Shown: positions 26,525-40,319 of the stretch, one piece after another
Numbering within the stretch: position 1 is the first letter of the stretch
Layout: each line of letters begins with the position of its first letter
Assembly (NCBI RefSeq): GCF_006345805.1
Contig: NC_043002.1
Span: 16,058,001 to 16,122,000, forward strand
DNA from: Octopus sinensis
Lineage: Eukaryota
DNA length: 64,000 nucleotides
Direction: 5' to 3'
The notes under the pieces: model-generated
Databases searched by the model: none
Told to the model about the DNA's origin: nothing
Seen by the model: only the letters and a program-made list of their open reading frames with translations
Translations under genes and position numbers: made by a program

Positions 26525-26921
26525 CGTATACATATATTATATATATATATATAATATATGTAAATATATATAATATATATATATATTATATATATATATA
26601 TATAATATGTATTTATATATATATATCATATATATTATATATATATATTCAAAGAATACTTCGTTATAGATAAGGCCACTTGCTCTTTATATTTGCAATA
26701 TTTTATCTATAATACTAAATTATTAGATTGGTATTTTCCTCCAGACATTTATGGGTTGTTTCTCGGTTATACAGCATTATAACCTACTTGTTTGATGTCT
26801 GCATCGAAGTCAGTCGTCTGAACCTGTTATTATCTACGCTGTAATTTCTGCACCGACACATTCTCACACATACACACAAACGTATACTCGGCTGCAGACA
26901 CCAGAAATCTAAAACGACAAT

Positions 26922-26959
<38 letters not shown>

Positions 26960-26987
26960 CCATGCATATATATATATATACATACAG

Positions 26988-27032
<45 letters not shown>

Positions 27033-27177
27033 AATAGAGAGAGTGAGAGAGAAGGGACAAGACAGACAAACGGTGACAAACAGAGACAGAGAGATAAATA
27101 CCTAGATAACTAGGTAGGAAGTAGTAGGTAGGTAAATAGACATACAGACAGACAGACAGAAAGACAGACAGACAGAC

Positions 27178-27254
<77 letters not shown>

Positions 27255-28566
27255 TCTTGCCCATATCATCCTTTCCTTTAGTTTTACATTTTATCTTTTC
27301 TTCCTGCTAACAAACCTGTCTCTATTCCATCTTGATTATCCGAGCAATAATGGAATCAACGTTGTTTTCATTTTCATAACATTTACCAGTCTTCCTACAA
27401 TATAGGGTCACGATTTTGGACCTTATTTCCATAAATGTTTCAATTTCTAATTTCCGTATTCTTAAGTAGTCACACTACACGAAATGTTGGCAATTATATT
27501 ATAGTACTAGTTTCCGCAGATACTAATTTACTGTTTGCATTTAGATTCACTGAGACTGTTATAGATAGACTCTACTAAAATTCAGTAAAATTCTGTGTGC
27601 TGTAATACCGTACTTATATTCTCGATGAGTGAAATGATGTCATCGTAGTGCCAAACAGAAGTATAACGGATTCATTTGGCTGTTAAATATGAAATTTTCT
27701 TTTATTTTCAATGTAGAGGTAATGTGTTCAATATTCCATTAAATCTTTGAAAGACAAGTGGGAGTAGTAAGCATCAAAACAGAACATTTACTCAAATATA
27801 AATGTATCGCTTTCGTAAGGTCCTGCTTGGTAATCAGACATAATATAATATGCCGCTAAAACTTTGTCATCTAAAGGAAATCTTAAAGTAAAAGACGTTT
27901 ACTCTGGTACAGGATGTTTTGAATGGTTGCAGATGCGCTTTATATCACACAACATTAAAACGGGAGATGGATGACAAAGCGCTGATACGTATAGTACAAG
28001 CTATCTTAATGATATAACTTATTGTTGTCAGGAGGTTAGAGCGAGGAACGTATTTTCAGTGTTTATAAAACTAATATTAGCCGGAAACAGATGTCTATTT
28101 GAACTTTCAACCTCATAAAAAGCGTTTTTGCCATTAATCCAATGTTCATATAAATGCCTGTTGATTCTTGTATGTGGAAATGTTTTTACTGATAAGTATT
28201 ACATTGAAATTCTAAAAGTTTTCAAAAGTCAAGCTATATTTAATCTACTCAGGATTTTTTTATGAAATAGGAATTATAGAATGAATAGGATTCTTTTAAA
28301 GATTATTTTCAGTAATTTTCTTACTTGCTTTTCGAAGAGAAACATTGCTTGTAATACCATTGCCTTCAAAATATTGCCCTACTTTTACAAGGTATCAAGT
28401 TGTTCGGTTATTAAATATTTTTGAAAATGTTAGTTTGAAATATAATAGCGAAAATAAATTTATTTGAAAGAATCAAAGTGTCAAGTTGCGAAATTTAAGT
28501 TTACGGAATATTCTGTGAACAACACCAAAATTTAAAGGCAGTCAATATAAAAGTATCTTAACACTA

Positions 28567-28700
28567 TTCCGCCGTGGTCGACTTTGCCTTTAATCCTTTC
28601 GAGGTCGATAAATTAAGCACCAGTTACGTACTGAGGTAGATCCAATCGACTGAATCCCGCACCAAAAATTTCGGGGTCGTGCCTATAGTAGAAAAGAAAA
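28567..28700 (+). mobile_element. SINE B 3' fragment with the alternative tail
   Basis: ccgccgtggtcgactttgcctttaatcctttcgaggtcgataaattaagcaccag. Confidence 0.8.
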
Positions 28701-28737
28701 TATCTTAACACGTATTATGATTATCTATATGTCTACA

Positions 28738-28804
<67 letters not shown>

Positions 28805-29006
28805 TAATTTTATTGTTGTCGATTTTTGTTATTTAAAAGAGATTGATTCGAATCTATGTGACTTGAACTCCCACAGCTTCCTTGGAAAAATATTACTTGT
28901 TCCAACTCAGATTGCCGAACAGAGAAACACAAGAGTTCCAAGATATCTCCTGCCTCAACTGTTTTTCTACCGACTTCCAAACATAAGTACAGAAACAAAT
29001 TACATT

Positions 29007-29059
<53 letters not shown>

Positions 29060-29214
29060 CTATATAGATATATATATATATAGAATATATATATATATAT
29101 ATATATTTGAGAGAGAGAGGGATAAATAGATAGATAGATAGATATGTATAATATATTTAATATATTAATATATATATTGCGTGTGTATGTGCATGTATTG
29201 TAATACATATTTAT

Positions 29215-29620
29215 ATATGGAGTGGCTGTGTGTAAGTAGCTTGCTAACCAGCCACATGGTTCCGGGTTCAGTCCCACTGCGTGGCATCTTGGGCAAGTGT
29301 CTTCTGCTATAGCCCCGGGCGACCAATGCCTCGTGAGTGGATTGGTAGACGGAAACTGAAAGAAGCCTGTCGTATATATATATATATATATATATAATAT
29401 ATGTGTTGTGTGTGTTTGTGTTGTCCCCCTAGCATTGCCTAACAACCGAGGCTGGTGTGTTTACGTCCCCGTCACTTAGCGGTTCGGAAAAGAGACGGAT
29501 AGAATAAGTACTGGGTTACAAAGAATAAGTTCCAGGGCGATTTGCTCGACTAAAGGCGGTGCTCCAGCATGGCCGCAGTCAAATGACTGAAACAAGTAAA
29601 AGAGTAAAAGAGAGTAAAAG
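29215..29620 (+). mobile_element. SINE A, full length
   Basis: gagtggctgtgtgtaagtagcttg head through the (agtaaaag)n tail. Confidence 0.92.
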
Positions 29621-29675
29621 GTATTATCTATATCTATATCTATCTATCTATCTATATCTATCTATTATCTACATA

Positions 29676-29728
<53 letters not shown>

Positions 29729-29754
29729 ATATATTACGTATATACATATATACA

Positions 29755-29801
<47 letters not shown>

Positions 29802-29822
29802 TACATATATATACATATATCC

Positions 29823-29861
<39 letters not shown>

Positions 29862-29905
29862 CATATATACATATATATACATATATACATATATATATAT
29901 AGATA

Positions 29906-29965
<60 letters not shown>

Positions 29966-30107
29966 CACCTCGTCCACACACATAGAAAACATGCATTGTA
30001 TATTTCTATGCATATGTGTTTATGAAGCACACGTATTATATATACATACATAAACACATGTATACAGATATGAATACATACACACACAATCGCACATGTA
30101 TGTGTAT

Positions 30108-30139
<32 letters not shown>

Positions 30140-30144
<5 letters not shown>

Positions 30145-30371
30145 CTCTTTACTCTCTTTTACTCTTTTACTTGTTTCAGTCATTTGACTGCGGCCATGCT
30201 GGAGCACCGCCTTTAGTCGAGCACCTCGATTCCGGGACTTATTCTTTTTTTGTAAGCCCAGTACTTATTCTATCCGTCTCTTTTTGCCGAACCGCTAAGT
30301 GACGGGGACGTAAACACACCAGCATCGGTTGTCAAGCAATGCTAGGGGGACAAACACAGACACACAAAGAA

Positions 30372-30410
<39 letters not shown>

Positions 30411-30585
30411 ACAGGCTTCTTTCAGTTTCCGTCTACCAAATCCACTCACAAGGCTTTGGTCGGCCCGAGGCTATAGCAGAAGACACTTGCCCAAGATGCC
30501 ACGCAGTGGGACTGAACCGGGAACCATGTGGTTGGTTAGCAAGCTACTTACCACACAGCCACTCCTGCGCCTATACACAAATACA
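30140..30585 (-). mobile_element. SINE A, full length
   Basis: Reverse complement of the same consensus. Confidence 0.92.
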
Positions 30586-31544
30586 TACACAATTGCACAC
30601 ATACACACATATATTCTTTTTCCCATACAAGCATCCTGTGTTGCACCTGGAATAACCAGTAATGATGTTTTCTACGGTCATTAGGTACTTCTGACTTCAA
30701 TTACTATAAATACAATCTAACGTCAATATCACACACACACACACACACACACATACATATATATATACCGACACGCACACTCTCGTACGTAAACAGGAAT
30801 TCACACCCACACGGACACACATACGCCCTCACACTCACGCGCACACTCAGTCACACAAACATACATTACTTATAGGCCAGTTCAGTAGGGTGTAACTCAG
30901 AGGATTCGGAGGATAGCTGGTTGATGACACAGGCCTCATTGCCTTGGTTACAATATTATCAAGGCTTACATGTGTGTGTTTGTGTGTGTGTCTATCTCCC
31001 TCGCCGCCGCCCCCAACAATAACAAATGAGCAATGATAATAAACCATATACCGACCGGTCATCAAGAACAGAGAGAAAGCCAGGAAGGAAATATTTCGAC
31101 ATGTGCGCCCCATCACGCATGGTCATATCTATATGTAAGTATTTTTTTTTATTTTGACTTTTCCAGTTTCAGCTCATGAGCTGTGGCCATGCTGGGGCAT
31201 ATATATAAACACACGGATTCATATTTGCCACCCGGAATCATACTTGTGCTGTATCTGTTGAAACATCGTTGAAATGACAGGATACTTAAAGGCATATGAC
31301 AGCCAAACCGAAGCGCAGGGTCCCAACTGATATATCGCACATTTCACGTAATGATAGTGATGGAAGCGATGATGATAACGATGATGATGATATGATGATG
31401 ATGATGATGAGGATGATGATGAGGATGATGATGATGATGATGATGATGGGAGGAGAAGGAGATACAGACGTAGATTCCCTGATCCAAACTGAGAATATTC
31501 CGTAAAGTCATCGGAATGCAACTTGGGGTAGGTAAGTGAACGAC

Positions 31545-31696
31545 ACGGTTCCGGGTTCAGTCCAACTGCGTGGCACCTTGGGCAAGTGTCTTCTACTATA
31601 GCTTCGGGCCGACGAAAGCCTTGTGATGGAATTGTTAGACGGGAACTGAAAGAAGCCCGTTGTATATATATATTTATATATATATATGTGATATAA

Positions 31697-31760
<64 letters not shown>

Positions 31761-32000
31761 CTGTGTGTGTATATGTATGTATGTGTGCGTATATGTTTGT
31801 GTGTCCGTTTTTGTCCCCCCAACACCGCTTGACAACCGATGCTGGTGTGTTTACCTCCCCGTTAGCTAGCGGTTCGGCAAAAGACACCGATAGATTAAGA
31901 ACTAGGCTTACAAAAAATAAATCCTGTGGTCGATTTGATCGACTATAGGCGGTGCTCCAGCATGGCTACAGTTAAATGATTGAAACAAGTAAAAAAGAGT
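31545..32000 (+). mobile_element. SINE A, head partly lost
   Basis: ggttccgggttcagtccaactgcgtggcaccttgggcaagtgtc through gaaacaagtaaaa. Confidence 0.88.
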
Positions 32001-32009
32001 CACAAATAC

Positions 32010-32480
32010 GCAAAATGTGACTGAAGCCGTAGGAAAATTCAAAGACGAGAGAAAAATAGAGTAAACAGATGGAAGCAGATGGAACTATATGACTAAATTA
32101 TGTAGTCACCTGAGCATGTTGGCAGCAAAGATCACTAGCATTTATTGACGAGCGTTAACTTGAAATGGAAATATAATTTGAGTCGCTAAGAAACAAACGC
32201 TTAGAAGAAATCTCATCAAGGCGAAGGTCGACAAAACCTAGTCAGATAGAAAATGCAGAATCTGCAGGGAAGCAGAGGGAAGTATCAGTCACTCCTTGAA
32301 TGCATGCAGTACACTAGCGCAAAAGGAGTATAAGCGTAGATATGTCTCTGTGGGCAAAAGAACTCATTGGGATAATAGCCAAGTCATTGGGTTCAAAACA
32401 TCAAAATGAGATAAGAACACGAACTAGTCGCTGTGATAGTAAATGAGAATTATAAGAACTTGTGGGACCATACGACTGAG
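32010..32480 (+). mobile_element. R4/Dong-like fragment (zinc-knuckle region)
   Basis: KCRICREAEGSISHSLNACSTLAQKEYKRRYVSVGKRTHW at about 32253-32370. Confidence 0.75.
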
Positions 32481-32914
32481 TCACCTAGACCACCTCGCCG
32501 CCTTCTACCCAAATACATTCTACCAGGAGCAAGCACGAACCTGAATCAAATCAATAATAAGAACAACAAAAAGAAAATCAACAAAGCAACCAATAATATG
32601 GTTTATTGAGAACTGAACTAATTACTCGCAGCTAGACTTGAGGCATTTTTGGTATTGCTAAAAGTTACGCAATCCGGTTTGATAGCCATGTCGATCTGCG
32701 TAAAGTTGTCATGCGAGGAGTGGTAACAGAAAAAGAGAATGCGGAATGCTTCTTGTCACTCCGAATATCTCGCTAAGTTTGTCTCACTGTCCCTCGCTCC
32801 CTCTGTCTCCCTCTCTCTGAATATTTATAGATATGCTTCTCCCTTTCTCTTTCTCTCTCACTTTTTTCTCTCTCTCTCTCTCTAACTCTCTCCGTATGTA
32901 TATAAGTATGTATT

Positions 32915-33130
32915 TCCTTATTGCTCATAAGGGGCTAAACATAGGACAGACAAAGGAATTAAGTAAATTACATCGACCACAGTGCGTAACCGGTACTTTA
33001 TCTATCGACCTCGAAAGGATGAAAGGCAAAGTCAACCTCTGCGGAATTTGAACTCAGAACGTAACGGCAGACGTCGTATACGAATAAGCATTTCGCCCGG
33101 CGCGCTAACGTTTCTGTCAGCTCGCTGCCT
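32915..33130 (-). mobile_element. SINE B
   Basis: gaaaggcaaagtcaacctc..gaatttgaactcagaacgt..gctaacgtttctgtcagctcgc. Confidence 0.9.
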
Positions 33131-34712
33131 TTCTCTGCATCTATATAAGTATATACATTATCAATATCGCAAGTTGCTGTCGGTGATAAACACACTTGTC
33201 TCTTATCTATTATCTTCTCTTAGACTGCAGAATTGCAGAATGCGTAGATATTTGGTACAAACATGTTACCACATTTAGAAATGTCCTTTTTATTGCTGAA
33301 TTCTTATTCCTGATTCATTTCTCGTCTCTCAGTAAAATAAATTATCACTAATATATTGAGATTTATTTTAGACCTAGAAGTCGCTCCAGGAGCCAAAGTA
33401 AGAAATTAATATTATATTTATATCATAAGCGAACGTAAGTAATAAATACAATCATTCTTATGATAGCCACTAACACGTCAGTTATTAGAAGGTATTTCAA
33501 TTTGTTTCTGCTTCATTTTTGAGAAAAAAAATACTATCTATTAATTCCCTCATGGCAGTTATTCAACAAAAGTTATTATCTCCTAAGTTGAATGAAAAGA
33601 ATAAAAAGAAAAATATATTTTATTATTTTCTTTTTCTGCCACAATAATTCATTGCTCGAGAAATGTGTCAAATGTCTCAAGATACCATCGGGAAGTAAAA
33701 TAAATAAATAAATATAAAGTAAAATAAAATAGAATTATATAAAAGAAATAAAGCATTACAACAAAGTTCAGCAAGAAAAAGAAATAAATAATCAATATTG
33801 AAATATATAATTTTTTTTTTTGTCAGCAAATAAATGAAAAACAAATAAACATTTAAACACTGCAGAAAAACGAATAAAATTCAACAAACAAAATAGGTTT
33901 GATTAATGTTTTAATACTTCAGTCGACACGAAAACAATGATAAAGAAAAAATATATAACGTATTAAATCAGAATTTCCTGCAATGAACTTCTGTAAATGA
34001 TATAAAACATTGACTGCTTTTATTTATGTGTTTGTTCATTGTAAGCTGCTGTAATAAAATATATCAAACATTTTGATGCAAACTACTGAACGGACATTCA
34101 TCTTGCTCTAAAAAAAAATGTATTCAAAGTGGTTTGGGGAAAATGGGTACCTTAAACAATTAAGAGGTTCTCACAATACCACTTTTTTTTTCTACTATCA
34201 CATCAATTTTTATTGTTTTTTATTGTTGTCAGTATAACATCAGATCTGAGACCAACATACCTGTGATGAACCGCCATAGAGTGAAGTCTATTCTGTCTAT
34301 TCTCACACCGAATAGTTCATTTAATAACACTTAATAGAAAATTTTGTGCTAATATTTCAAAGGAAAACCAGTGTTACTTGATGGAAATTTTATGCAATAA
34401 CTACGCTATCCAACGACCTTAGAAGGTTTCAGTACTAACCATACTTTCAATACCGATTGTCTGTGGTAGAAATTTATATAATTATTACAAAAAATAATTC
34501 TAATTTTCATAGGAGTGCGGATATCATACCTGATACTCTGTGTAATATCTAGAAGATCGGTAGACTCGTTGCTGCTTCAATAGCCTGATGTTTAAAATTC
34601 TTTCAACTCATTCAGATATCACTGCAAACTTAATGTGAACAAAGTTTTATGGCATTCTTTTTCAGTGCCTAACTCCGTTTAGTGGCCATCATGTGTACGC
34701 ATAACCATACAT

Positions 34713-34813
<101 letters not shown>

Positions 34814-34828
34814 TTAGCTAGCTAGGTG

Positions 34829-34890
<62 letters not shown>

Positions 34891-35709
34891 CAGATAGATA
34901 GGTAGACAGATATATAGATAGATGGGTGGATAGATGCATAGATTCATTGCTACATATATACTGTATATATATATACATGTATAACACATTTGTGTGTGTG
35001 TGTATGTGTGTGTGTGTTTGTTTATGTCTGTGTCTGTGTGTAGTACAGAAGCAGGCATATATGAATACCGGTCCGATTATGAACACACATTGTTGAACGT
35101 CTTTTATTTATAGGGCACGTTCTCCGCGAGCGCTACTGTATTCTTGCACGTCAACAGCTTAGGTTACTGGTGGGGTTTGTGGCTTGATTGCAAAATGGTA
35201 ACAATTCTGAAACTGTAGTTTCTTTTACTTGCGTATGTGTCCCGTATGGTTTAAATACGCTTGATATAATATATTCCATGAACAGCAAGCAATGACGTAA
35301 ATATTTCGAACTGGTAACTGCCTTGAAATGCCTTGAAATGTACAGTATATTGATGATTACGATTGCACAATAACCCGAATAATTCAACAGAGAGGACGAG
35401 GATAGTTATGGATGGGTTGGATCTCTTATGGAAAAAGTCTTAAGATTGATGAGAGATATTTATTGTCATATAGAATACGATTAAGTGAATAAATGTCACA
35501 GAGTGCTTCCTCTGGCAAATGTGCAACTTAAATGACAAGAATATTGGTATTGTTTGGTTATTATATTTAATATAAGGAATGAAATCTAGTAAGAAATAGA
35601 ATACAGATATGGAAACATATATATGTGAGAATCTCGATGTTTTATGAAAAAAATTAGAGTAGGCGTTAACAATATATTTTTTGTGAAGAGATAGGGAAAA
35701 TATTTTTGC

Positions 35710-36270
35710 TGCGTTAAGAACCATGCTTCCAACCACATAGTTCCTGGTTCAGTCATGCTGTGTGACACCGTGAGCAAGTGTTGTCTACTATAGCATTTGG
35801 CATACGGTGTGGCACCGTGGGCAAGTATTTTCTACTATTACATTTGGCATACTGTGTGACACCTTGGGTAAGTGTTTTCTACTATAGCATTTGGCATACT
35901 ATGTGACACCTTGGGCAAGTGTTTTCTACTATAGCATTTGGCATACTATGTGGCACCGTGGGCAAGTATTTTCTACTATTACATTTGGCATACGGTGTGG
36001 CACCGTGGGCAAGTGCTGTCTACTATAACATTTGGCATGCCAAAGGCTTGTGAGTGGATTTCGTAGACGAAAATTGGGAGAAACCCCTTGTTTGCGTTCA
36101 CGACTACATATACACACACACCGCTTGAAAAACGGTGTTGGTGTGATTACGTTGCTGTAGTCCCCGTAGAGTAAGTCCCAAACTCAGCAAAAAAAGTTAA
36201 ATAATGGTGTCAATTGATTCGTCTAAATATTCTTCAAGGCGTTCCGAAGCATGGTCACGGTCTGATGAAC
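35710..36270 (+). mobile_element. SINE A containing an internal minisatellite
   Basis: Head, then six core repeats, then gccaaaggcttgtgagtggattt and a decayed tail. Confidence 0.8.
35761..36040 (+). repeat. 6 x 47-bp minisatellite derived from the SINE A core
   Basis: Unit starts at 35761, 35808, 35855, 35902, 35949 and 35996. Confidence 0.95.
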
Positions 36271-36584
36271 GGAACAATTAAAATATAAAATATATAGTTA
36301 TGAAATACTGAGTGGAGGTGCTACACAGTGATGTGTAGAATTGCAATGTTATTATATTTCAAATATACTTGTGGCGCGTTCGAACTCGTAACGAAAGTAT
36401 TCACTGTGTTTTGTCATGGGGAATATTTCTCGTTGTAGACATATGGTACAAATACACCTATATCTGTTCGTAGTTCCACATTGCTTAAAGCTTCCACTCC
36501 GCAATTTGGTTAAGCGGAGACGCTGCATTGTGCTAATCAGTCACCGTAGGGTGACAGAAATAGCGTCAGAGAAATAGTATAAGG

Positions 36585-36815
36585 AGGTGAGCTGGCAGAA
36601 TCGTTAGCACGCCGGGCGAAATGCTTAGCCGTATTTCGTATGCCGTTACGTTCTGAGTTCAAATTCAGCCGATGTCGACTTTGCCTTTCATCCTTTCGGG
36701 GTCGATTAAATAAGTACCAGTTACACACTGGGGTCGATGTAATCGACTTGTAATCGTTTGTCTGTCTTTGTTTGTCCCCTCTGTCTGTAGCCCCTTGTGG
36801 GCAGTAAAGAAATAG
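36585..36815 (+). mobile_element. SINE B
   Basis: ggtgagctggcagaatcgttagc head to gcagtaaagaaata tail. Confidence 0.92.
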
Positions 36816-36964
36816 GTTTTGTCTACAGTGTAAGCTACTGATTTATGTTTGTCTATTTATCTGCAGCCAGAAATTTTCTCCATAACAAAATAGATTGAAT
36901 GGCTTGTTTACGAGTTAAAACTTGCCACAGGCATATATAGACAGGTAATAATATTACATGTATT

Positions 36965-37189
36965 CTTTTAATTGCTTCAGTCATTTGTCTACGGCCATGC
37001 TGCAGCACCGCCTTTAGTTGGACAAATAGATCCCAGGTTATTTGTAAGCCTGGTTCTTCTATCGGTCTCGATTGCCGAACAGCTACGGAGGCGTAAACGC
37101 ACGGTTTTCAAGCAATGGTGGTAGAAGGGACAAACAGACATACATAATATACGCATGCATACATTCATAGATACGTATATATGTGTGGG

Positions 37190-37240
<51 letters not shown>

Positions 37241-37420
37241 ATATATATATACATGACGGAGTTCTTTCAGTTTCCGTCTACCAAATCCACTAATAAGGCT
37301 CTGGTCGGTCCGAGACTATGGTAAAAAAAAACACTTGCCTAAAGTGCCACGTAGTGGGACAAAACTCGGGATAATGTGGCTGGGGAGCAAGCTTTTTTGC
37401 ACATAGCCAATTCTGCGGCC
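36965..37420 (-). mobile_element. SINE A, diverged
   Basis: Tail, internal (TA)n and head are recognisable. Confidence 0.8.
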
Positions 37421-38101
37421 ATACATAGTGATTTAAACTCGTTAAGGAACAGAGAGATTGGGTGGTAAATAGCCATTGCTTGTGAAGATAATTTAAAATG
37501 CGTCTTGGTAACGTGGTCACAAAAAATTATTTCCGAGCGAATCGTATCTAAACAGAACAATTCCAATCTATGCTTCATCGAAAAGCTTTTGAATGCGTTT
37601 GACGAATGCACATATGGAGTTGGAAAATATTTGAATGACTTAAGAGCGTTTCTGAATAGATTTTGTTTCCATTGTTTCATTTGATATAGTGTGCGGAAAA
37701 TTAAGAATACACCTGGTGTATGGCTTCCTACTAACTGCCATACAGAACATTCGAAGCAGATTATCACGAATTCCCGTGTCGCTGAATAATATCGCTGTAG
37801 GTTCTATGCACGAACTTTGGAGAGATGAGTACGGTTTTAGTTGTCACTTGCTATGAGTAGTATAGAAAAAAAAAACAATGGAAAGATAATCTCAGAAGAT
37901 ACATAAGCAGGGCGGCTCACATATTACATGAACCTATCTCTCTCTGTATACATATATGCACACAGACATATTTTCTATGTGTGTGTGTGTGTGTGAGAGA
38001 GAGAGAAAGAGAGAGAGAGGGGGAAAGAAATATAGAGATATATCAATATGTAGATATGTATATGTATATACAGATATATCTCGGAGTGTGAGTGTGTGTG
38101 T

Positions 38102-38402
38102 GGAGGCGCAATGGCCTAGCGGTTAGGGCAGCGGACCCGCGGTCGCAAGATCGCGGTTTCGATTCCCAGACCGGGTGTTGTGAGTGTTTATTGAGCGAAA
38201 ACACCTAAAAGCTCCACGATGCTCCGGCTGGGGGTGGTGATCCCTGCTGTACTCTTTCACCACTCTTTCTCCCACTCTTTCTTGGCCTGCTCGCTTAGCC
38301 AGCGGGGTGGCGTCATTCGAAGGCGAAAACAATACGAACGCATTGTGACCAGCGATGTGTAACAACATCTGATGGTCTGGTCGGTCACGCGATCACGTGA
38401 TA
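38102..38402 (+). mobile_element. SINE family C (tRNA head)
   Basis: ggaggcgcaatggcctagcggttagg A box, ggtttcgattccc B box, ends gatcacgtgata. Confidence 0.9.
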
Positions 38403-38443
38403 TATATATACATATATACATATGCATTTACATATACGCACAT

Positions 38444-38702
38444 ATATTTGGAGAGAAGATTTTTTCTCAAAGACTTAAGATTGAGAAAAGAACCTTGTAG
38501 AAAGTAGAAAGGCTCTAACTTTTGGGAAGAGATTTCACCAAATATGTGTGCCTTTCACTTTTATAGACGTGCTCATCCATAAAAGCAAACGTCGCACACA
38601 TTTTGTGAAATCTTTTCCCAAATGTTAGTGCCTTTCTACTTTCTACAAAGGTTCTTTTCTCAATCTTAACTCTTTGAGAAAAAAACTCTCCTCTCTAAAT
38701 AT
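38444..38702. repeat. Foldback palindrome with a degenerate hammerhead at its tip
   Basis: Arms of about 105 bp; centre tgtgc-(ctttca)-cttttat...ataaaag-CAAACGTC-gcaca. Confidence 0.85.
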
Positions 38703-39224
38703 TATGACTGTATCAAGTATTTTTCCAAGCTCTCCATCTCTCTCTATATATATATATATAAAGATGAAGATTCCGAGAAATTCAGCTACTGGAAAATGTA
38801 CGCACCAGGTAGGGTTGGGTAAAGTCTGTGGTTGGTGCGAGACGAAATATCAAATAGTGTATTTGGATATTTCGGTTGTGTACTCAGAGAAAACTAGCTC
38901 TATGAGTATATATAGCACGTAAGGGGTTGCTCCAAATTACGCGTTACTGTGAGTAGTACGTTATTGGTATATGCCAAGCTGTTTGACAAATGGTAAATTC
39001 CATTAGTGTATTATGATCAAATGAATGAGGTGAATAATTATCAGCTCGTTGCAGCTGTTTCTTACGTAAAGTTTCAATAGAATGAGAACATTACATCATT
39101 ATAAAAGACCGTAATCATGAGATGAGAAGTAATTTTACAAAACAAAAGAATATCCATGAACATAGCAGGGATGTGTCTGTCGGGGTCAACTACGAAATGG
39201 GAGAATGAATGATTTGGAAGTTTA

Positions 39225-39455
39225 AGGCGGCGAGCTGGCAGAATCGTTAGCACGCCGGGCGAAATGCTTATCGGTATTTCGTCTGCCGCTACGTTCTGAG
39301 TTCAAATTCCGCCGAGGTCGACTTTGCCTTTCATCCTTTCGGGGTCGATTAAATAAGTACCAGCTACGTACTGGGGTCGATATAATCGACTTAACCTGTT
39401 TGTCTGTCATTGTTTGTCCTCTCTGTGTTTAGCCCCTAGTGGGTAGTAAAGAAAG
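39225..39455 (+). mobile_element. SINE B
   Basis: Full head to gggtagtaaagaaa tail. Confidence 0.93.
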
Positions 39456-40319
39456 AGATTTGGAAGTTTAGGTTAAGAATGTAGTCCTTGAAATTGTGTA
39501 ATTTGATATTTAAGAACAGTGATTCGGGTGAGTCTGCTAGACGAAATCGTGGGTAGACTGGAAAGGGTTGTAGGAGATAATTTATTATAGTAGGCTATAA
39601 GATGTGGTAGTTAAGAGGGGTCATAAAACAATTTTGGATAAGGGGAAAATGAAGACAAAAAAATCAAACGCAAGGGTGAATGAAAAAATAGAAATAAATT
39701 ATACATAAAAAGAATAAAAGCACACGAACCGACAGGTATAGGGTCGGGGTATAGTAATCTCTAGCTAAATTTAAATGACCAGGGTAGTGGGGTAGGAAAA
39801 CACGGATATTTAGGGGTATTCGGTGGATATTGGTTGAAATTAAGGGAGGGAGATTACGAAGTCCATCAAATAATAAGATCAAACTTTATGGAATTAATAT
39901 TATAGTAAGGCGCTACCTATCAATAAGGTGTTTGAAAATTTAAAGCCGGATGGCGTTGTATAATGAACTACACCTTAGATTAGAAGGGAAAGCAGATCAG
40001 AATCAAGGAAGATTAGCGATAGGGAGTAGTCTAATGATTAACTAAGGAATACTAAACGGGTGGTGATAATATCAATATTGGATGGTATAATTATCTTTGT
40101 GTAGGTGTAAGGTGCAAATGGAGATGAACCCTCTAGGGTGTGCAGTCAGCTACTAGAGGTTAAGTATCACTATCATGATTATTGCATAATACCGGGTACA
40201 TCGCAAATGGAAATATTACTTCCTTCAATACGTTTTACTAAGCAAGTACCTTGTAACCACTCTTACTATACAGCTGTTACGGGCTGAGAGTTATCCATCG
40301 TATGATATTATTTATTTGG

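Noticed and set aside
28840-29030. Stop-free stretch on both strands between microsatellites
   Set aside because: Short, with no motif or splice support; ORF length is inflated by the adjacent (TA)n.
34262-34320. TGTGATGA C-box-like motif suggesting a C/D snoRNA
   Set aside because: No D box or terminal stem at a suitable distance.
38102-38175. tRNA gene calls at SINE heads (also 39225, 36585, 18950-19026)
   Set aside because: A and B boxes are present but the acceptor stem is not closed, and each head continues into a repeated SINE body.
39540-40200. Purine-rich block that might be a decayed retroelement (DLIIDGLR-like word on the minus strand)
   Set aside because: Similarity to the Penelope RT does not extend past a few codons, so it was left uncalled.
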